DNA of 64,000 nt, from assembly GCF_006345805.1 (NCBI RefSeq), contig NC_043014.1, positions 124,001 through 188,000 of the forward strand. The letters run 5' to 3'. The first letter of the stretch is position 1. Every line of letters starts with the position of its first letter. This stretch comes from Octopus sinensis. Taxonomy: Eukaryota. The position numbers were made by a program, and so were the translations under genes. The notes under the pieces were generated by a model. It was not told the origin of the DNA and made no database searches. It saw only the letters and a program-made list of their open reading frames with translations. This document shows positions 21,855-35,274 of the stretch, piece by piece.

Positions 21855-22839
21855 CTACTATTAATTAGGATACAGCACTCCCCAAGGCTAGTCTGAGAAA
21901 TGTTAGTATCTTTATTGTATATTTTAGTTGCTCTGAGATCTGTTTGCTATAAACATACTCTAGTAAAATGACCAACAACAATCTATCTTTTGCACAAAAT
22001 GTATCCAGTTTAGAAATATTTCATTTGCTTCAGCTATGAAACAGTTAAGTGTATTTGTTATCCAAATTTGGTGCTAATTTAATCAAATATTGAAAGAGGG
22101 GTTTGGAAAGTAACCTTTCAAATCATTGATTTGTTTCCTTTCTTAATCAAATGTAATGTATTTTCAATGTCATTGATTTGCCTGAACTATGTATCAATCA
22201 GAAATCAATTGTTGCCATTGTATAAAATAACTTTTCATTGATTAGGTTAGTTTCAGCCAGATTAATATCTATTAATAGTTACCACAAATGTAGACTAAAG
22301 CTGCTCTTTTAAAGTTCACAGAGATACTTTTCCTTGCGGCATTTAATAAGATTTTTTTCTAAGTCAAAATGAAGTCGTTTGATAAAGAATTTATGTCAAT
22401 GAAAGACTAGAATTCAGAAGCAAAGGGGAGATTTTACTCTGAAGCTAATCATTCAAATTGTTGTTTTGTTGTCTAGAAATATAACATTATATTTTTTTTA
22501 GCAAGTGACTCAGATGATAGGTTTTGTCATCCGTGGTCTTTATAGATGGAGAGACATTTAGCTACTTTACTATTCCATTTTATGACTGGGAAGTATTTGT
22601 CAATTGATTAAAACAAAGTTAGACTGTATCGTGGGGGACATGTATATGGTAGTGTGATGGTGTACGATTGTGTAGATATTGAGGAAGACAGACTGTTTGA
22701 GGGGTGAGATGTGCGTAATGTGATGGTGTACCAGAGTGCAGAAATTAAGGCAGAATCGTTTCTGAATTATTGTTTGTATTATGTCAATATTAGGGATCTG
22801 TGTACTTATGATTAAATACTCATTAATTACTCAGATACC

Positions 22840-23040
22840 TAATCATTATTTAAATTATTGTGGAAGAATCATTAGTATATATGGCAAAATGCTTAGCAGT
22901 ACTTCTGTTTCTTTATGTTCTGAGTTTGCCTGTCATCTTTTCAGGGTCAATAAAATAACATACAAGTTGGGCACTGGAATGGATGTAATCAACTTGCCTC
23001 TCCCCTTGCTGGCCTAGTGCCAAAATTTGAAGCCATTATT
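22840..23040 (+). mobile_element. Nin/Deu-like SINE, diverged
   Basis: TTTGCCTGTCATCTTTTCAGGGTCAATAAAATAA...GCTGGCCTAGTGCCAAAATTTGAA. Confidence 0.75.
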
Positions 23041-23044
23041 ATTG

Positions 23045-23672
23045 TTGTTGTTAATATTTCATATACACACAAATTAAATTGTTGGAAAGGAGGACTTGTG
23101 GTTGTTAAAGTGGGTCCTGAAAGGGCCATCAATTGCTTCTACATACTTTCACATATTTGGTTGCCCATTTGGTTTGATAAAAAGAAATTCCCTTCAACTA
23201 GCTTTGGCCTCAAAAGGGATGATGCACTAGCAATATGAAGAGGAGCAAATGGCCACATACTAGATAGGCTTAGAAAAGACCTCACCAGCACCATGAACTC
23301 CTTTGGACTGAAGGTTACAATAGAAACCAACCTAAAAATGGTGGATTTCCTTGATGTGATCCTGGACTTGGAGTCTGGTGCCTATAGATTTTTTAGGAAG
23401 CCAAACAAGAAGCTATCATACATTAACACAGGTTTCTGCCAACCAGCTATAGTTTTCAAGAACCTGGTAAAGAGCATCAGCAGAAGAATCTCCAGCTTAT
23501 CTTCAGGCAAAGAGATTTTCAATGCTGCCACCTCATGCTACAATGAGGCTCTGGCAGCCAGTGGTTTCAAGGATAGGATTAGTTACATGCCAGAACTTAA
23601 CCCTTCCACGAGAAAGTGACACCAGAAAGGGTTGTTGTTCATACCACCCTTCTCTTTAAATGTTAAAACCCA
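23045..23672 (+). mobile_element. Penelope-like RT fragment
   Basis: GLKRDDALA (GLYRDDGL-like), FGLKVTIETNLKMVDFLDVILDL...KPN...RRISSLSS...YNEALAASGF, then IPPFSLNVKT. Confidence 0.85.
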
Positions 23673-24605
23673 ACTAGGACCCGCATAGCTTCCTGGTCCC
23701 TTGCTCTGAAGGTTCTCAGAATCCATCTGGCCATTTGCCTGCACACTGCCACCATCTCGGTGACATGCATGTGAAATGAGGCATCGTGGCTCATATCAAT
23801 CTCAAGATCATGCACCACATGTGATTCTAGGATTGCTGCTCCTTTTGGTTCAAAATATGTGATTCTAGGATTGCCACTCTTTTGGACCAAAGTATTGTTG
23901 TGAGCACCAATTAGCTGGTAGTGGAGGGCTTGGAATTTGGCTACATTAAATTGCATGTTGTCCTCAGCCCATATATATATATGGCTTCTAGATCTCTCTG
24001 TAGAAGATTAGCATCAGAAGGTTCCTTGACTGCTTGTACTACTTTTGTATTGTCAGCATAGCTAGTAAGTGTGGCTGTGTAACTGATGGCATGTCTAAAA
24101 GAGCCACTATGAACAGTAGTGCCCCCAATACAGTTCCCTGAGGCACTCCACTTTCTATTAATGTCTCTGTGGAGAGGGCTCCGTTGGCTACTACAGCTTG
24201 GCTTCTGTCTTTTAAGAAGTCATGCAACCACTCTCCAATTTTCCCAGTTATGCTGAGTCTTGTGACATATCATCCCATGATCAACCTTATTAAAGGCCTT
24301 TCCAAAGTCAGGATAGATCACATCTACATTTGAGCGATTCATTAATTGCTTCAACACCCAGTCATAGTGTTGCAAAAGCTGTGAAAGGCAGCTTCTGCCC
24401 GAGCGAAAGCCATGCTGGGTATCAGGAAGCAAGTTATTGTCTTCAAGGAACACAATTAGTTTCTTTCTGACAATGCGCTCCATGACTTTGGTGATATGGG
24501 AAGTTTGAGAGACAGGTCTACAATTCTTAGCGTCTGCTCTGCTACTTCCCTTTTGGATAGGGCATATAATGCCTTCCTTTAACTTTTTGGGAAGTCTCCC
24601 TGTTG
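23672..24605 (-). mobile_element. CR1/L2-clade LINE RT fragment
   Basis: PIQKGSSRADAKNCRPVS...QHGFRSGRSCLSQLL...DFGKAFNKVDHG; SGVPQGTVLG; MQFNVAKFQ. Confidence 0.85.
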
Positions 24606-24639
24606 TGAGGAAACTTTGGATATATATACATATATCATT

Positions 24640-25925
24640 ATCATCATCATCATCATTTAACATCTGCTTTCCATGCTGGCATAGGCTGGACAGTTTGACT
24701 GATGACTGGCAAGCCAGGAGGCTGCACCAAACTCCAGTCTGATTTGGCAAGGTTTCTATAGCTGATGCCCTTCCTAATGCCAACCACTGTGAGAGTGTAG
24801 TGGGTGCTTTTTACATGTCACTGGCATGGGGGCTAGTCAGGTGGCACTGGCGTCGACCACACTCGAATGATGCCTTTTACATTCCACTAGCACAGGTGCC
24901 AGTCAGGTGGTACTGGCATCAACCATGATAATGATTTCAGTTGACTCAACAGGTCTTCTCAAGCACATTATATATTGCCCAATGATTGAAGGGTACTCTT
25001 AAATGGGCCGATTATGCAACACTGGCATAGGTCACGGTTACGGTCTCACTTGGCTTGCTGGGTCTTCTCAAGCACAGCATATATCTAAAGGTCTCAGTTG
25101 CTTGTCATTGCCTCCATGATGCCCAAGCCGTACTTCACCACCTCATCCCAGGTCTTCTTAGGTCTACCTCTTCCACAGGTTCCCTCTACTGTTAGAGTGT
25201 GATACTTTTTTACACAGCTGTTCTCATCCATACGCAACACATAACCATACCAGTGCAGTCGTCTCTCTTGCACACCACATCTGATGCTTCTTAGGTCAAT
25301 CTTTTCTCTCAGGACGCTTACACTCTGTCATCTATGCACACTGACATTACGCATCCAGTGGATCATACAAGCTTCATTTCTTTCAAGCCTTCACATGTCC
25401 TCAGTAGTCACAGCCCACGTTTCACTGCCGTGTAGCATGGCTGTTTGCACACATGCATCATACAGTCTACCTTTCACTCTGAGCAAGAGGCCCTTTGTTA
25501 CCAGCAGAGCGGTAGGAGCTCTCTGAACTTTGCCCAAGCTATTCTTATTCTAGTAGCTATGCTCTCAGAGAGCATCCACCCCATCCCCTTGATCACCTAG
25601 GTAATGGAAGCTATCAACTATTTCTAGTTATTCTCCCTGGCATGTGACAGAAGCTGTTTTCAACACATTTTTACTGTTTATTGCCCCTGTGCATCTATCA
25701 CATACAAAAACTATCTTCCCAGTTAGCATTCCTTTGATATTGCTGCACCTCTTATGTGTCCATAGCTTACACCGGGTACATCTTATGGAGTTTCTACCTA
25801 TGCCTTTTCTACAGATCGAGCAGGGCCATCTACCTGAAGGGATTTGTGATTTATCTGCCTTCCTACTTACTAAGAATTAGGATTTTGCAAGATTGATCCT
25901 AAGGCCATTCAATGCTAGACCTTGA
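24640..25925 (-). mobile_element. RTE LINE, 5'-truncated: ORF2 C-terminus, 3' UTR and (GAT)n tail
   Basis: Homologous to 34690-35270 and 37896-39055; ATCATCATC tail at about 24640. Confidence 0.85.
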
Positions 25926-26699
25926 TATATGTGTGTGTGTGCGCTTGCGTGTGTGTAATAAATAATATATAATCTTTTTCTTTTATTCTTTTGTATGTTT
26001 CAGCCCTAAGGCTGTAGCCATGCTGGGACACCACCAGTATAATTACCTTTTAATTGACCAATTCTATGTGGTTGTCTTTTGGTGAAGGAAGGAGTTTGAC
26101 ACTGTAGCCCTCTTTTGAATTTCCTGCCTTGATATTTGTTCATCTGGGATGATGACAATGATGATGGTGTAAGTACCAGGCTTTAACAAAAAGAAAAAAG
26201 TTGTGGGGTTGGTTCGTTTGGCTAAAATGGTTTAAGACTGTGCCCCAGCATGGAGACAGTCTAATGACTGAAATAAGTAAAAAAAAAAGATAGGTATGCA
26301 ATGGCCTTTAATGAACATATATGCACACATACACACACACACCTATATATAATCATTTGAGATATGTAGGTATATATCATGCACGTATAAGTATGTGGTC
26401 TTTTTCTGTCTCTCTCCTCTCATATATGTGTGTGTGCATTTATCCAATATTTGTTTAAAAAAAGTTTTAAAAATGCAATTATTATATTTGGACAGCTTCA
26501 ATGTCTCGAATATCAATTCATGAAAAAGAAAATCATTTATTAATTGTGTACACAAGTCATGTATGAAGTCTATAATTCTGTTGGTTTCTCTGTTCAATCA
26601 ATCCCTCCCGTAACTGTTAGAATATCCTCCCCAGTTGTTCCTATTAACTTTCACACAACACAAACAAGCACTCAATTTCACAACTGAAACCATTTCATT

Positions 26700-26995
26700 A
26701 CATCTCTCTCTCTCTCTTTCTCTCTCTCCCACCCTCTCTTTCTCTCTCTCACTCTCTCTCCCTCACTCACTCTCGCTCGCTCTCTCTCTTTCCTTTTCTT
26801 CCTTTCTATCTATCTATCTATCTATCAGTCTATCTATCTGTCTTCTATCTGTCTATCTATCTATCTATCAGTATCTATCTATCTATCTGTCTATCTATCT
26901 ATCTCCTTTGCCTCAATCTCTTTCTCTTTCTTTCTCACACACTTTCTCTCATGCCCACTACATTCAGCTTTTCCTACACACTCATCTTACACACA

Positions 26996-27041
<46 letters not shown>

Positions 27042-27065
27042 TTCTCCCTTTCTATCTATCTATCT
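26700..27065. repeat. Compound (CT)n/(CTAT)n microsatellite field
   Basis: Direct reading. Confidence 0.9.
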
Positions 27066-27359
27066 ATCTGGATAGGGGACATTACTTGAATAATTTCAGT
27101 TATATATCTGTATGTGTATGTGTGTATATGAAAGCGTAAAAGTATGGAGCTGTGTGTGTGTGTGTGTGGCACATGATCAACCAGACTATTGGATATTGAT
27201 ATACAACACTGGTCACAATGCACTTTGCATCGTTTTTTTCTAGCTTTTGAGTGGTGCCATCCAGCTGGCTAGGCAAGCAGACCAGCATTGATCTGATCTG
27301 AAGGCTAATCCAACACATGGTTGAATGGAGTGAAGCAGTGTGAAATGAAGATGCTTTTC

Positions 27360-27700
27360 AAGTGACCCCTGGCACTAACAGGGTCACCAAGTAACTTACA
27401 AGACAAGGATCCCTTGGGAGTGGAGGTGGGGCATTGGATGATGAAAGGTTATAATCAGATAGAGAGGTACAAAGTTACCCAGCTGGAGAGAGAGATCAGG
27501 AATGAGGACAGAAACAGGTGAGCTGTTGTAAAGGAGATACATGGTTACCCAGTCTGAGGGAAGAGCAGAAGAAGGAGAAGGAGAGAGAGAGAGAGAGAGG
27601 GTGGGAAACAGCAGGATAGGAATGGTGGCAAAGTGTCAGGGCATACTCACAAGTACTAGAGATCAGAATATAAATGGGAAGAGAGAGATGATGACAAGTG
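27360..27700 (-). mobile_element. RTE long-type 3' UTR fragment
   Basis: Reverse complement matches 1610-1940 (GGGTAACCATGTATCTCCTTTAC, GTAACTTGGTGACCCTG). Confidence 0.75.
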
Positions 27701-29302
27701 TCCAGACATTTTCAAAGAAGCATGATTAGAGAGTGGTGAAGGGGAATGCAGTAAGTGGTGAAAATCTGGATGTATGTGTACATATATATATATACATATA
27801 CACACACATTAAATGGATGTCTTATAAAACTATTCTGCACATTATAAAAGCAATACCAACAATCCGACATACCTCCATCAACAGCCGCTCCACAGATATC
27901 ACTATGGTTTCAACACCTGATCAGTACCATTCAATCCGGCAGTGTCAACAACACTAAGATAAATGTTGTTTGGGAACAAACATACCTTAGATATCACCAC
28001 ATTCATTCAATCTTAATTCTAGGAAGGATATATATGCATTTAGTTTATTTTAGGCAAAAAAAAAAAACAACTCATAACCTGTTTAAAAGCTCCTATGCCT
28101 CTGGTTGGTTACCATATGTTAATCATATCCTGGAGTAACACATCATATGAGTCTGCATGCAAAATTCCTTTCTGCTTAGGGTTAATATAATTATAATATT
28201 GCTATATTTTGAGATGGGCATCTTTTTTTCTTCTGCCAAATAAATACATGCACATATTCATTCTTTACTTGTTTGTTATTGTTCTTAAACTATGTCCATT
28301 GTCTGGAAATCTTTCATCACTCCTGTGACCTCTTCAGCAGCCCTCCATCCCACATCTCTCCTATTCTGTTTAGTCCATTCTGTCTTTCTATGGTGTATAT
28401 CCTTATCTAGGGATTTGTTTGCATCTCTATGTGTGTGTGTGTGTGTGTATGTTTGTGTGTTTGCATGTCTATATGTTCTGTATGTGTGTTTTGTGTGTAT
28501 ATAGGTTTGCTTACTATACCGTCTGTATCCGTGCCCTTTATATAGTTTTTTCTCCATTTATTTACTTATTTATCTATTTTTTCCCACTTCATCTTAAGTA
28601 TTTGCATGTGTATCATTTGTATGTGTGTGTATATGGGTTTATGTATTATACTGTTTGTATCTGTGTGTCCCCTCCATTGCCTTTAATCATCATGTTGTGT
28701 AGTATAGTGGTGGGGGCGGATGTGTTTTTGTTCCATTGATGTTTCAGTCTGCCTACTACTATGTGAGTGTGACCTTTGTAATCTGTATAAACGTCACATC
28801 TATTCTATAGATATGACGTTTATAACATAATACCTCAACATCTATGTTATTAACTGAGCCTCTATGTTCAAATTGAGCATGTTGGTAGCACATAGATGAG
28901 CTTTCCTCCTCTTTGAGCTCCCGCCAGTGTTAACCTATCCACTCCCTTATGCTACATGGCATCTCCCCAGTGTAAAGTTGTATTGTTTCTGCACTGTTCT
29001 TCAATAAATTGTATGTGATAAACTACAGTATACTCTCACACACACGCACACACACACATACACACAACATATATATAAATTAATAATTATATATATATAA
29101 AGGAACAAGGGCAAAAATAATTTGCAAGTATGTTGGAGATAGGTCGTTTTTTTTTTTTCGCCCTTGCTCCCTTAATATACTTATATACATATATATATTG
29201 TATAATAATTTAATATGTAAATTACCTATAAATTTTTATTGCATGCTGACTACCTGATAAAATCATTAACATGATATTATCCTTATATTCTAATATGAAT
29301 TA

Positions 29303-29450
<148 letters not shown>

Positions 29451-29479
29451 TCATCTGCACAGGTACTTCCTGTACTCCA

Positions 29480-30905
29480 AATCTTAGTTAAATCATTCAG
29501 TTGGTTGGTTGGCAGAAACCTAAAAATGCACTTGTAACTTACTCTAAATTGTCTCAAACAGATTCAGTAAATGGCAAAAATGGCTTGGGAACACCAAGGG
29601 AACAGGTCTGGCTCGGCTGGTATCCCAGTGTATCACAGGCTGGATCCAGCTGTCATCCTGCTACTGTGGTCAAACAATCTTCAAGAAAAAGTAAAAATAA
29701 ACATCCTTTGAAATTTGGGTGTTGGAATGTGTGCACACTTCTTGATGATAATTTCAACAAGAGGCCAGAAAGGCATACTGCACATATTGCATGTGAGCTC
29801 AAGGATTATTCCCTTGTTATAGTTGCACTCTCTGAAACTCGTCTCTCTGGCGAGGGTCATGTAAATGAACCTACTTTTGGAGAGGCCTACCTAAGGGTCA
29901 GCATAGAAAATCTGATGTTGGGTTTGCTCTCAAGAATACATTAGTATCCTCCATTGCAGTGCTTCCAATTGGTATATCTGAATGGATCATGTCATGCCGT
30001 ATTAAACTGGAAAAAGGTAGGTTTCTTACTGTTGTCAGTATTTATGCACCAACAATGTCCCATTCTGATGAAACTGTGGGACAGTTTTATGATGATCAAG
30101 CACAATTATTGAGGAAAGTACCAATTTCTGACAAACTGGTCATATTGGGAGATTTCAATGCAAGAGTTGGAAAGGATTATGTTTCATGGCCTGTTTTAGG
30201 TTGACATGGGATTGGAAGATGCAATAAAAATGGAGTAGCTCTTTGAACGTTTTGTACTGAGAATAATCTGGTTGTCACCAACACTCTGTTTAAGCAGAAA
30301 AATAAATATAAAACCACCTGGATGCACCCAAGATCTAAGCATTGGCATCTCATAGATTATATTCTGATCAAGAAATGTGATATGAAAGACGTTTCTAGCG
30401 TTCGGGTCATGAGAGGGGCAGAGAGCTGGACTGATCATCATCTAGTGTGTGGAAAAATCGATATTTCGATAATGCCTAAAAATCAACAGTTTGGTCCTAA
30501 GCTATCCAAAAAGTTAAATGCTGCAAACTTTAAATTATCAAGCAACTTGCAAAGATTCCACAAGTCTCGATCTTGACCCGAACAATCTATGGGAAGATTT
30601 CAAAACAAAAGTATTTCAGACTGCAAGATCGTCAGTGGAATTTAAATCTCATAAATCCAGCGACAGATTCTCAGAAAGATCAGCAGAAATTCATAATCTG
30701 CTATTAGAAAAACAAAACTTAGTCAATACACTTCTTTCTCAGTCCTTGAACCCCAACTCAAACGAAGCTTACAGAAATCTGAAAGGGAAAGTGCAGACTA
30801 CTCTAAGGAAAATTAAACAGGAATGGTGGAATGATAGAACAAAAGGGGCACAAGAAGCAGCTGATAGAAATGATGCTAAGGGTTTGTATTCTTTATGTTA
30901 AGGAG
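29480..30905 (+). mobile_element. RTE-BovB-like LINE, 5' part with AP endonuclease, decayed
   Basis: WNVCTLLD...RPERHTA...VALSETRL; YAPT; LGDFNARVG; TWMHPRSKHWHLIDYIL; TDHHLV. Confidence 0.9.
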
Positions 30906-31539
30906 GTATATATATATACACACACAAAGTATGGAGGGTTAGTTCACAGGTGATCTAAACGATTAGGTATGCTAAGTAAGTGCTGTAACGGATTACTAGG
31001 GCTCCAAGGTTATAGCTGAGATGGTAGTTATGAAGCGATTGCAGATTTCCGATGCAGCAGATATAGAATTGTTAAAGAGGACAACAAACATTAAGACAAG
31101 GCAAACATCTCAAGTCAGATACGATATTATTATCGGGAAAATTTTTTCCGATAATAATATTGTATATTGACTTATGAATCCAAAGTTAGTCTGTTTTCCT
31201 GGCATTTGATTAAGATGATAAAGATTACAAATAAAATAGTCATTTCCCTCTTTAAAAAAAAAGTCAAGTTGAAATTGTCGACAATTCAAAGAGTCATGTC
31301 AGCTACTGCCATCCGTCCTTTTTCTTACTTTCTCTTTTCCTTGTGAGTACCATGGCCGTGAAAAATAGAAATTCTCCCTATATTTTTATGAGATATTTTT
31401 GAATCATTGGTACTTAATATTTCTTCTTTTTTTTTTCTTAAAGCGAAAAATTACTATTTTATTTAAAATAAAATATTAATCTTTATGATCTTAATCAAAA
31501 GGCAGAAAAACAGAGAGAGAGAGAGAGAGACTATGTCTT

Positions 31540-32165
31540 TATAGACAAAGATCAGTTGCAATGGGAGGAGTTGAATCTCATAAGAATGGAAAAACAAACC
31601 ACAACAAATGGGTTGTACTTCATAATGAAACTCTTTTAAGAACATTCAAGTGCCACTGCTATGTTGAAATCTTTGCCCTGGTGAGGTCAATCAAGTCATC
31701 AAGTACATGCTGAAAAGAAATGACCAAGCTGCTGTTCAAATAAACAATGATAATGAAATTAGTCAATATCTACTGAGTAAGTATATTGGACCATCCGAAG
31801 CAGTGGCATCCATTTTAGGATTTTCAACTCATGGAAGCCCACCTGCAATAGTAAGACTGCAAGTTCATTTTCCAGATGAACAAAGAATATTGCTAAGAAA
31901 TAATGAGGATATATATGACTGTCAATGAATAATGATATATGAGAACAACATTGATAGAATTCTTTTCATTGGGCATCAATGATGATTTACAAAAACATTA
32001 TGTTGAAGTAGTCATGTATTTCACTTGTGAACAGTAGGAACAAAGAATGGCAGAAAAGAAGGTGAGGCCATTTGAACGTTTTCAAAGAAGAAACACTTGG
32101 TCATGTTTATGTTGTCATACCAAAAGCAGGAGAACTGTATCATTTAAGAATTTTATTGCATGAAG
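31540..32165 (+). mobile_element. Helitron Rep/Hel fragment
   Basis: NKWVVLHNETLLRTFKCHCYVE; NEISQYLLSKYIGPSEA...PPAIVRLQVHFPDEQ; GHVYVVIPKAGELYHLRILL. Confidence 0.8.
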
Positions 32166-32303
32166 TTTGAAATAGTATTTTTGCCTTTCCTGCTGCACAT
32201 CGACATTTTCAACTTGAAGTGGTTGTGACCCAACAGGAGCATGGTGGGTATATCTAGTGTATATATATATATGTATGTATGTGTGTGTATGTATATATGT
32301 ATG

Positions 32304-32336
<33 letters not shown>

Positions 32337-32344
32337 AATATAAT

Positions 32345-32990
32345 TCTTTTTATTCTTTTACTTGTTTCAGTCACTTGACTGAGGGCATACTGGAGCACCT
32401 CCTTTAGTCGAACAAATCAATCCCAGTACTTATTCTTTGTAAGCCTATTACTTATTTTATCGGTCTCTTTGGCCAAACCATTAAGTTTCAGGGATGTAAA
32501 CACACCAACATCAGTTGGCAAGCGATGGTAGGGGGACAAACATACACACACACACACACACATACAAATATACATACATATATACTCTCTCTTTATTCTT
32601 TTACTTGTTTCAGTCATTTGACTGCGGCCATGCTGGAGCACCGCCTTTAGTCGAGCAAATCGACCCCGGGACTTATTCTTTGTAAGCCCAGTACTTATTC
32701 TATCGGTCTCTTTTGCCGAACCGCTAAGTGACGGGGACGTAACACACCAGCATCGGTTGTCAAGCAATGCTAGGGGGACAAACACACCACACACACATAC
32801 ACATATATATATATATATATACATATATACGACAGGCTTCTTTCAGTTTCCGTCTACCAAATCCACTCACAAGGCATTGGTCGGCCCAGGGCTATAGCAG
32901 AAGAGACACTTGCCCAAGATGCCACGCAGTGGGACTGAACCCGGAACCATGTGGTTGGTTAGCAAGCTATTTACCACACAGCCACTCCTG
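32345..32990 (-). mobile_element. SINE family 1: full copy 32588-32990 preceded by a tandem partial tail 32345-32560
   Basis: Reverse complement of 9713-10125. Confidence 0.9.
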
Positions 32991-33019
<29 letters not shown>

Positions 33020-33021
<2 letters not shown>

Positions 33022-33610
33022 TCATCATCATCATCATCGTCGTTTAGCGTCCGTTTTCCATGCTAGCATGGGTTGGACGGTTCTACTGGGGTCTGTGAAG
33101 CCAGAAGGCTTCATCGGGCCCAGTCAAATCTGGCAGTGTTTCTACGGCTGGATGCCCTTCCTAACGCCAACCACTCCGTGAGTGTAGTGGGTGCTTTTTA
33201 CGTGCCACCCGCACAGGTGCCAGACAGAGCTGGCAAACGGCCACGAACGGACGGTGCTTTTTATGTGCCACCGGCACAAGGGCCAGGCGAGGCTGGCAAC
33301 GGACACGAAACGGGGCGGTGCTGGCAACGGTCGCGAAACGGAAGGTTCTCTTACATGCCACTGGCACTGGTAACACATCTGCAATTTCCATTGATCGATT
33401 TCCATTCTGATCCTCACTTGCCTCAACGGGTCTTCACAAGTAGAGTATCGACATGCCACCGGCACTGGTAACACATCTGCAATTTCCATTGATCGATTTC
33501 GATTCTGATCCTCACTTGCCTCAACGGGTCTTCACAAGTAGAGTTTTGTGTCCCAAGAAGGGAAGGTATGCATACGTAGGCTGGCTCCATCCCAAGTAGA
33601 AGGCCACGGG
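33020..33610 (-). mobile_element. RTE 3' UTR, young subfamily, with 98-bp internal duplication
   Basis: Near-identical to 37896-38500; (CAT)n tail; duplicated units start at 33354 and 33452. Confidence 0.9.
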
Positions 33611-33649
<39 letters not shown>

Positions 33650-33652
<3 letters not shown>

Positions 33653-33820
33653 GACAGGCTTCTTTCAATTTCCGTCTATCAAATCCACAAATCCACTCAC
33701 AAGGCTTTGGTTGGCCCGGGGCTATAGTAGAAGACACTTGCGCAAGGTGCCGTGCAAAGGGTCTGAACCTGGAACCCTGTGGTTGGGAAGAAAGCTTCTT
33801 ACCATATAGCCATGCCTGTA
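33650..33820 (-). mobile_element. SINE family 1, 5' half
   Basis: ACGACAGGCTTCTTTCAATTTCCGTC...AAGGTGCCG...ATAGCCATGCCT. Confidence 0.8.
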
Positions 33821-34679
33821 CCTATATATATAACCAAGATAGAAGTACCACCAATATCTAGTTTTATAATGGGCCAGTTAGGGGTCTGGGTTTGTAATAG
33901 CCATATCCCTTTTGGAAGTACTTCAAGTACTTCCACAAATTTATAAGATGGAGTCTTGTTCACTGAAGTAAACCCTAGTCTATTACTGGTACTTATTGTA
34001 TTGAAGCCATGGCAAGCAAAGGTGATTCTTCTGGGATTTGAACATAGAACATAAAAAGACATAAAAATATACACCATAAGGTGTGTGTGTGTGTGGTGTT
34101 ATTCACATACATTGTTCATACACATACATATGCTGGGTTCACAGTTGTCCTCCCTGCCAATCATGCTTTAAATCAAGTGTCTCAGGTGCCTCTTTGTCAC
34201 TCACGCCTCTAACGACCTCTTCCTCTTCTAGTTATTTCAGCATGCAGTGATCATCTAATTGAGATGTGTTTGTTCTTTTCTCTCTCCATACCTTTCTTCT
34301 CTTAATCTATTCTTTCTGTAAAAGAACTTATGCTCAAAATCTAAAAGGCTTTTCCTTCTATTTTGCAAGAGCATAAACTTAATACACTCTGTTTTTTTTT
34401 TTTACTCCTCTTTGTTTATTTTTTCTTATTTTTACATTAAATGTATATATAAGTCTCCTGTTTCCGCAGCTGAATGAGATGAGTATCAGGTTACAATCAG
34501 AAAGCATAACTCGTAATTACATTTTGACCTTGTTATTTGGTTCATGTTGTTCAATTGAAGAATAACATAATAATTAGTGAATCAGATAATTAATTTCTGA
34601 TTTAAACATAGTTGTTTATTAACATTGTGTGACCAACATGACTTCGCTGCTATTTTGGGGTTTAGATTTTGTACATTAT

Positions 34680-35272
34680 TTATAGGCAGACAAACCACAA
34701 ATCCCTTCAGGTAGATGGCCCTGCTCGATCTGTAGAAAAGGCGTAGGTAGAAACTCTATAAGATATACCCAGTATAAGCTATGGACACATAAGAGGTACA
34801 GCAATATCAAAGGAATGCTTACTGGGAAGATAGTTTTTGTATGTGGCAGATACTCAGGAGCAATAAATACTGAAAATGTGCAGAGAACAACTTCTGCCAC
34901 GTTCCAGGGAGAAAAACTAGAAATACTTGATAGCTTTCGTTACCTAGGTGACCAAGTCAGTAGCAGGGGTGGGTGCTCTGAAAGTGTAGCTGCTAGAATA
35001 AGAATAGCTTGGGCAAAGTTCAGAGAGCTCCTACCTCTGACAAAGAGCCTCTCGCTCAGAGTAAAAGGTAGACTGTATGATGTATGTGTACGAACAGCCA
35101 TGCTACATGGCTGTGAAACATGGGCCGTGACTGCTGAGGACATGCGTAAGCTTGCAAGGAACAAAGCCAGTATGCTCCGATGGATGTGTAATGTCAGTGT
35201 GCATGCTTAACAGAGTGTAAGTGCCTTGAGAGAAAAGTTGGACCTAAGAAGCATCAGATGTGGTGTGCAAGG
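34680..35272 (+). mobile_element. RTE ORF2 C-terminal fragment
   Basis: FRYLGDQVS...RIRIAWAKFRELLPL...MLHGCETWA...LRWMCNV. Confidence 0.9.
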
Positions 35273-35274
35273 AG

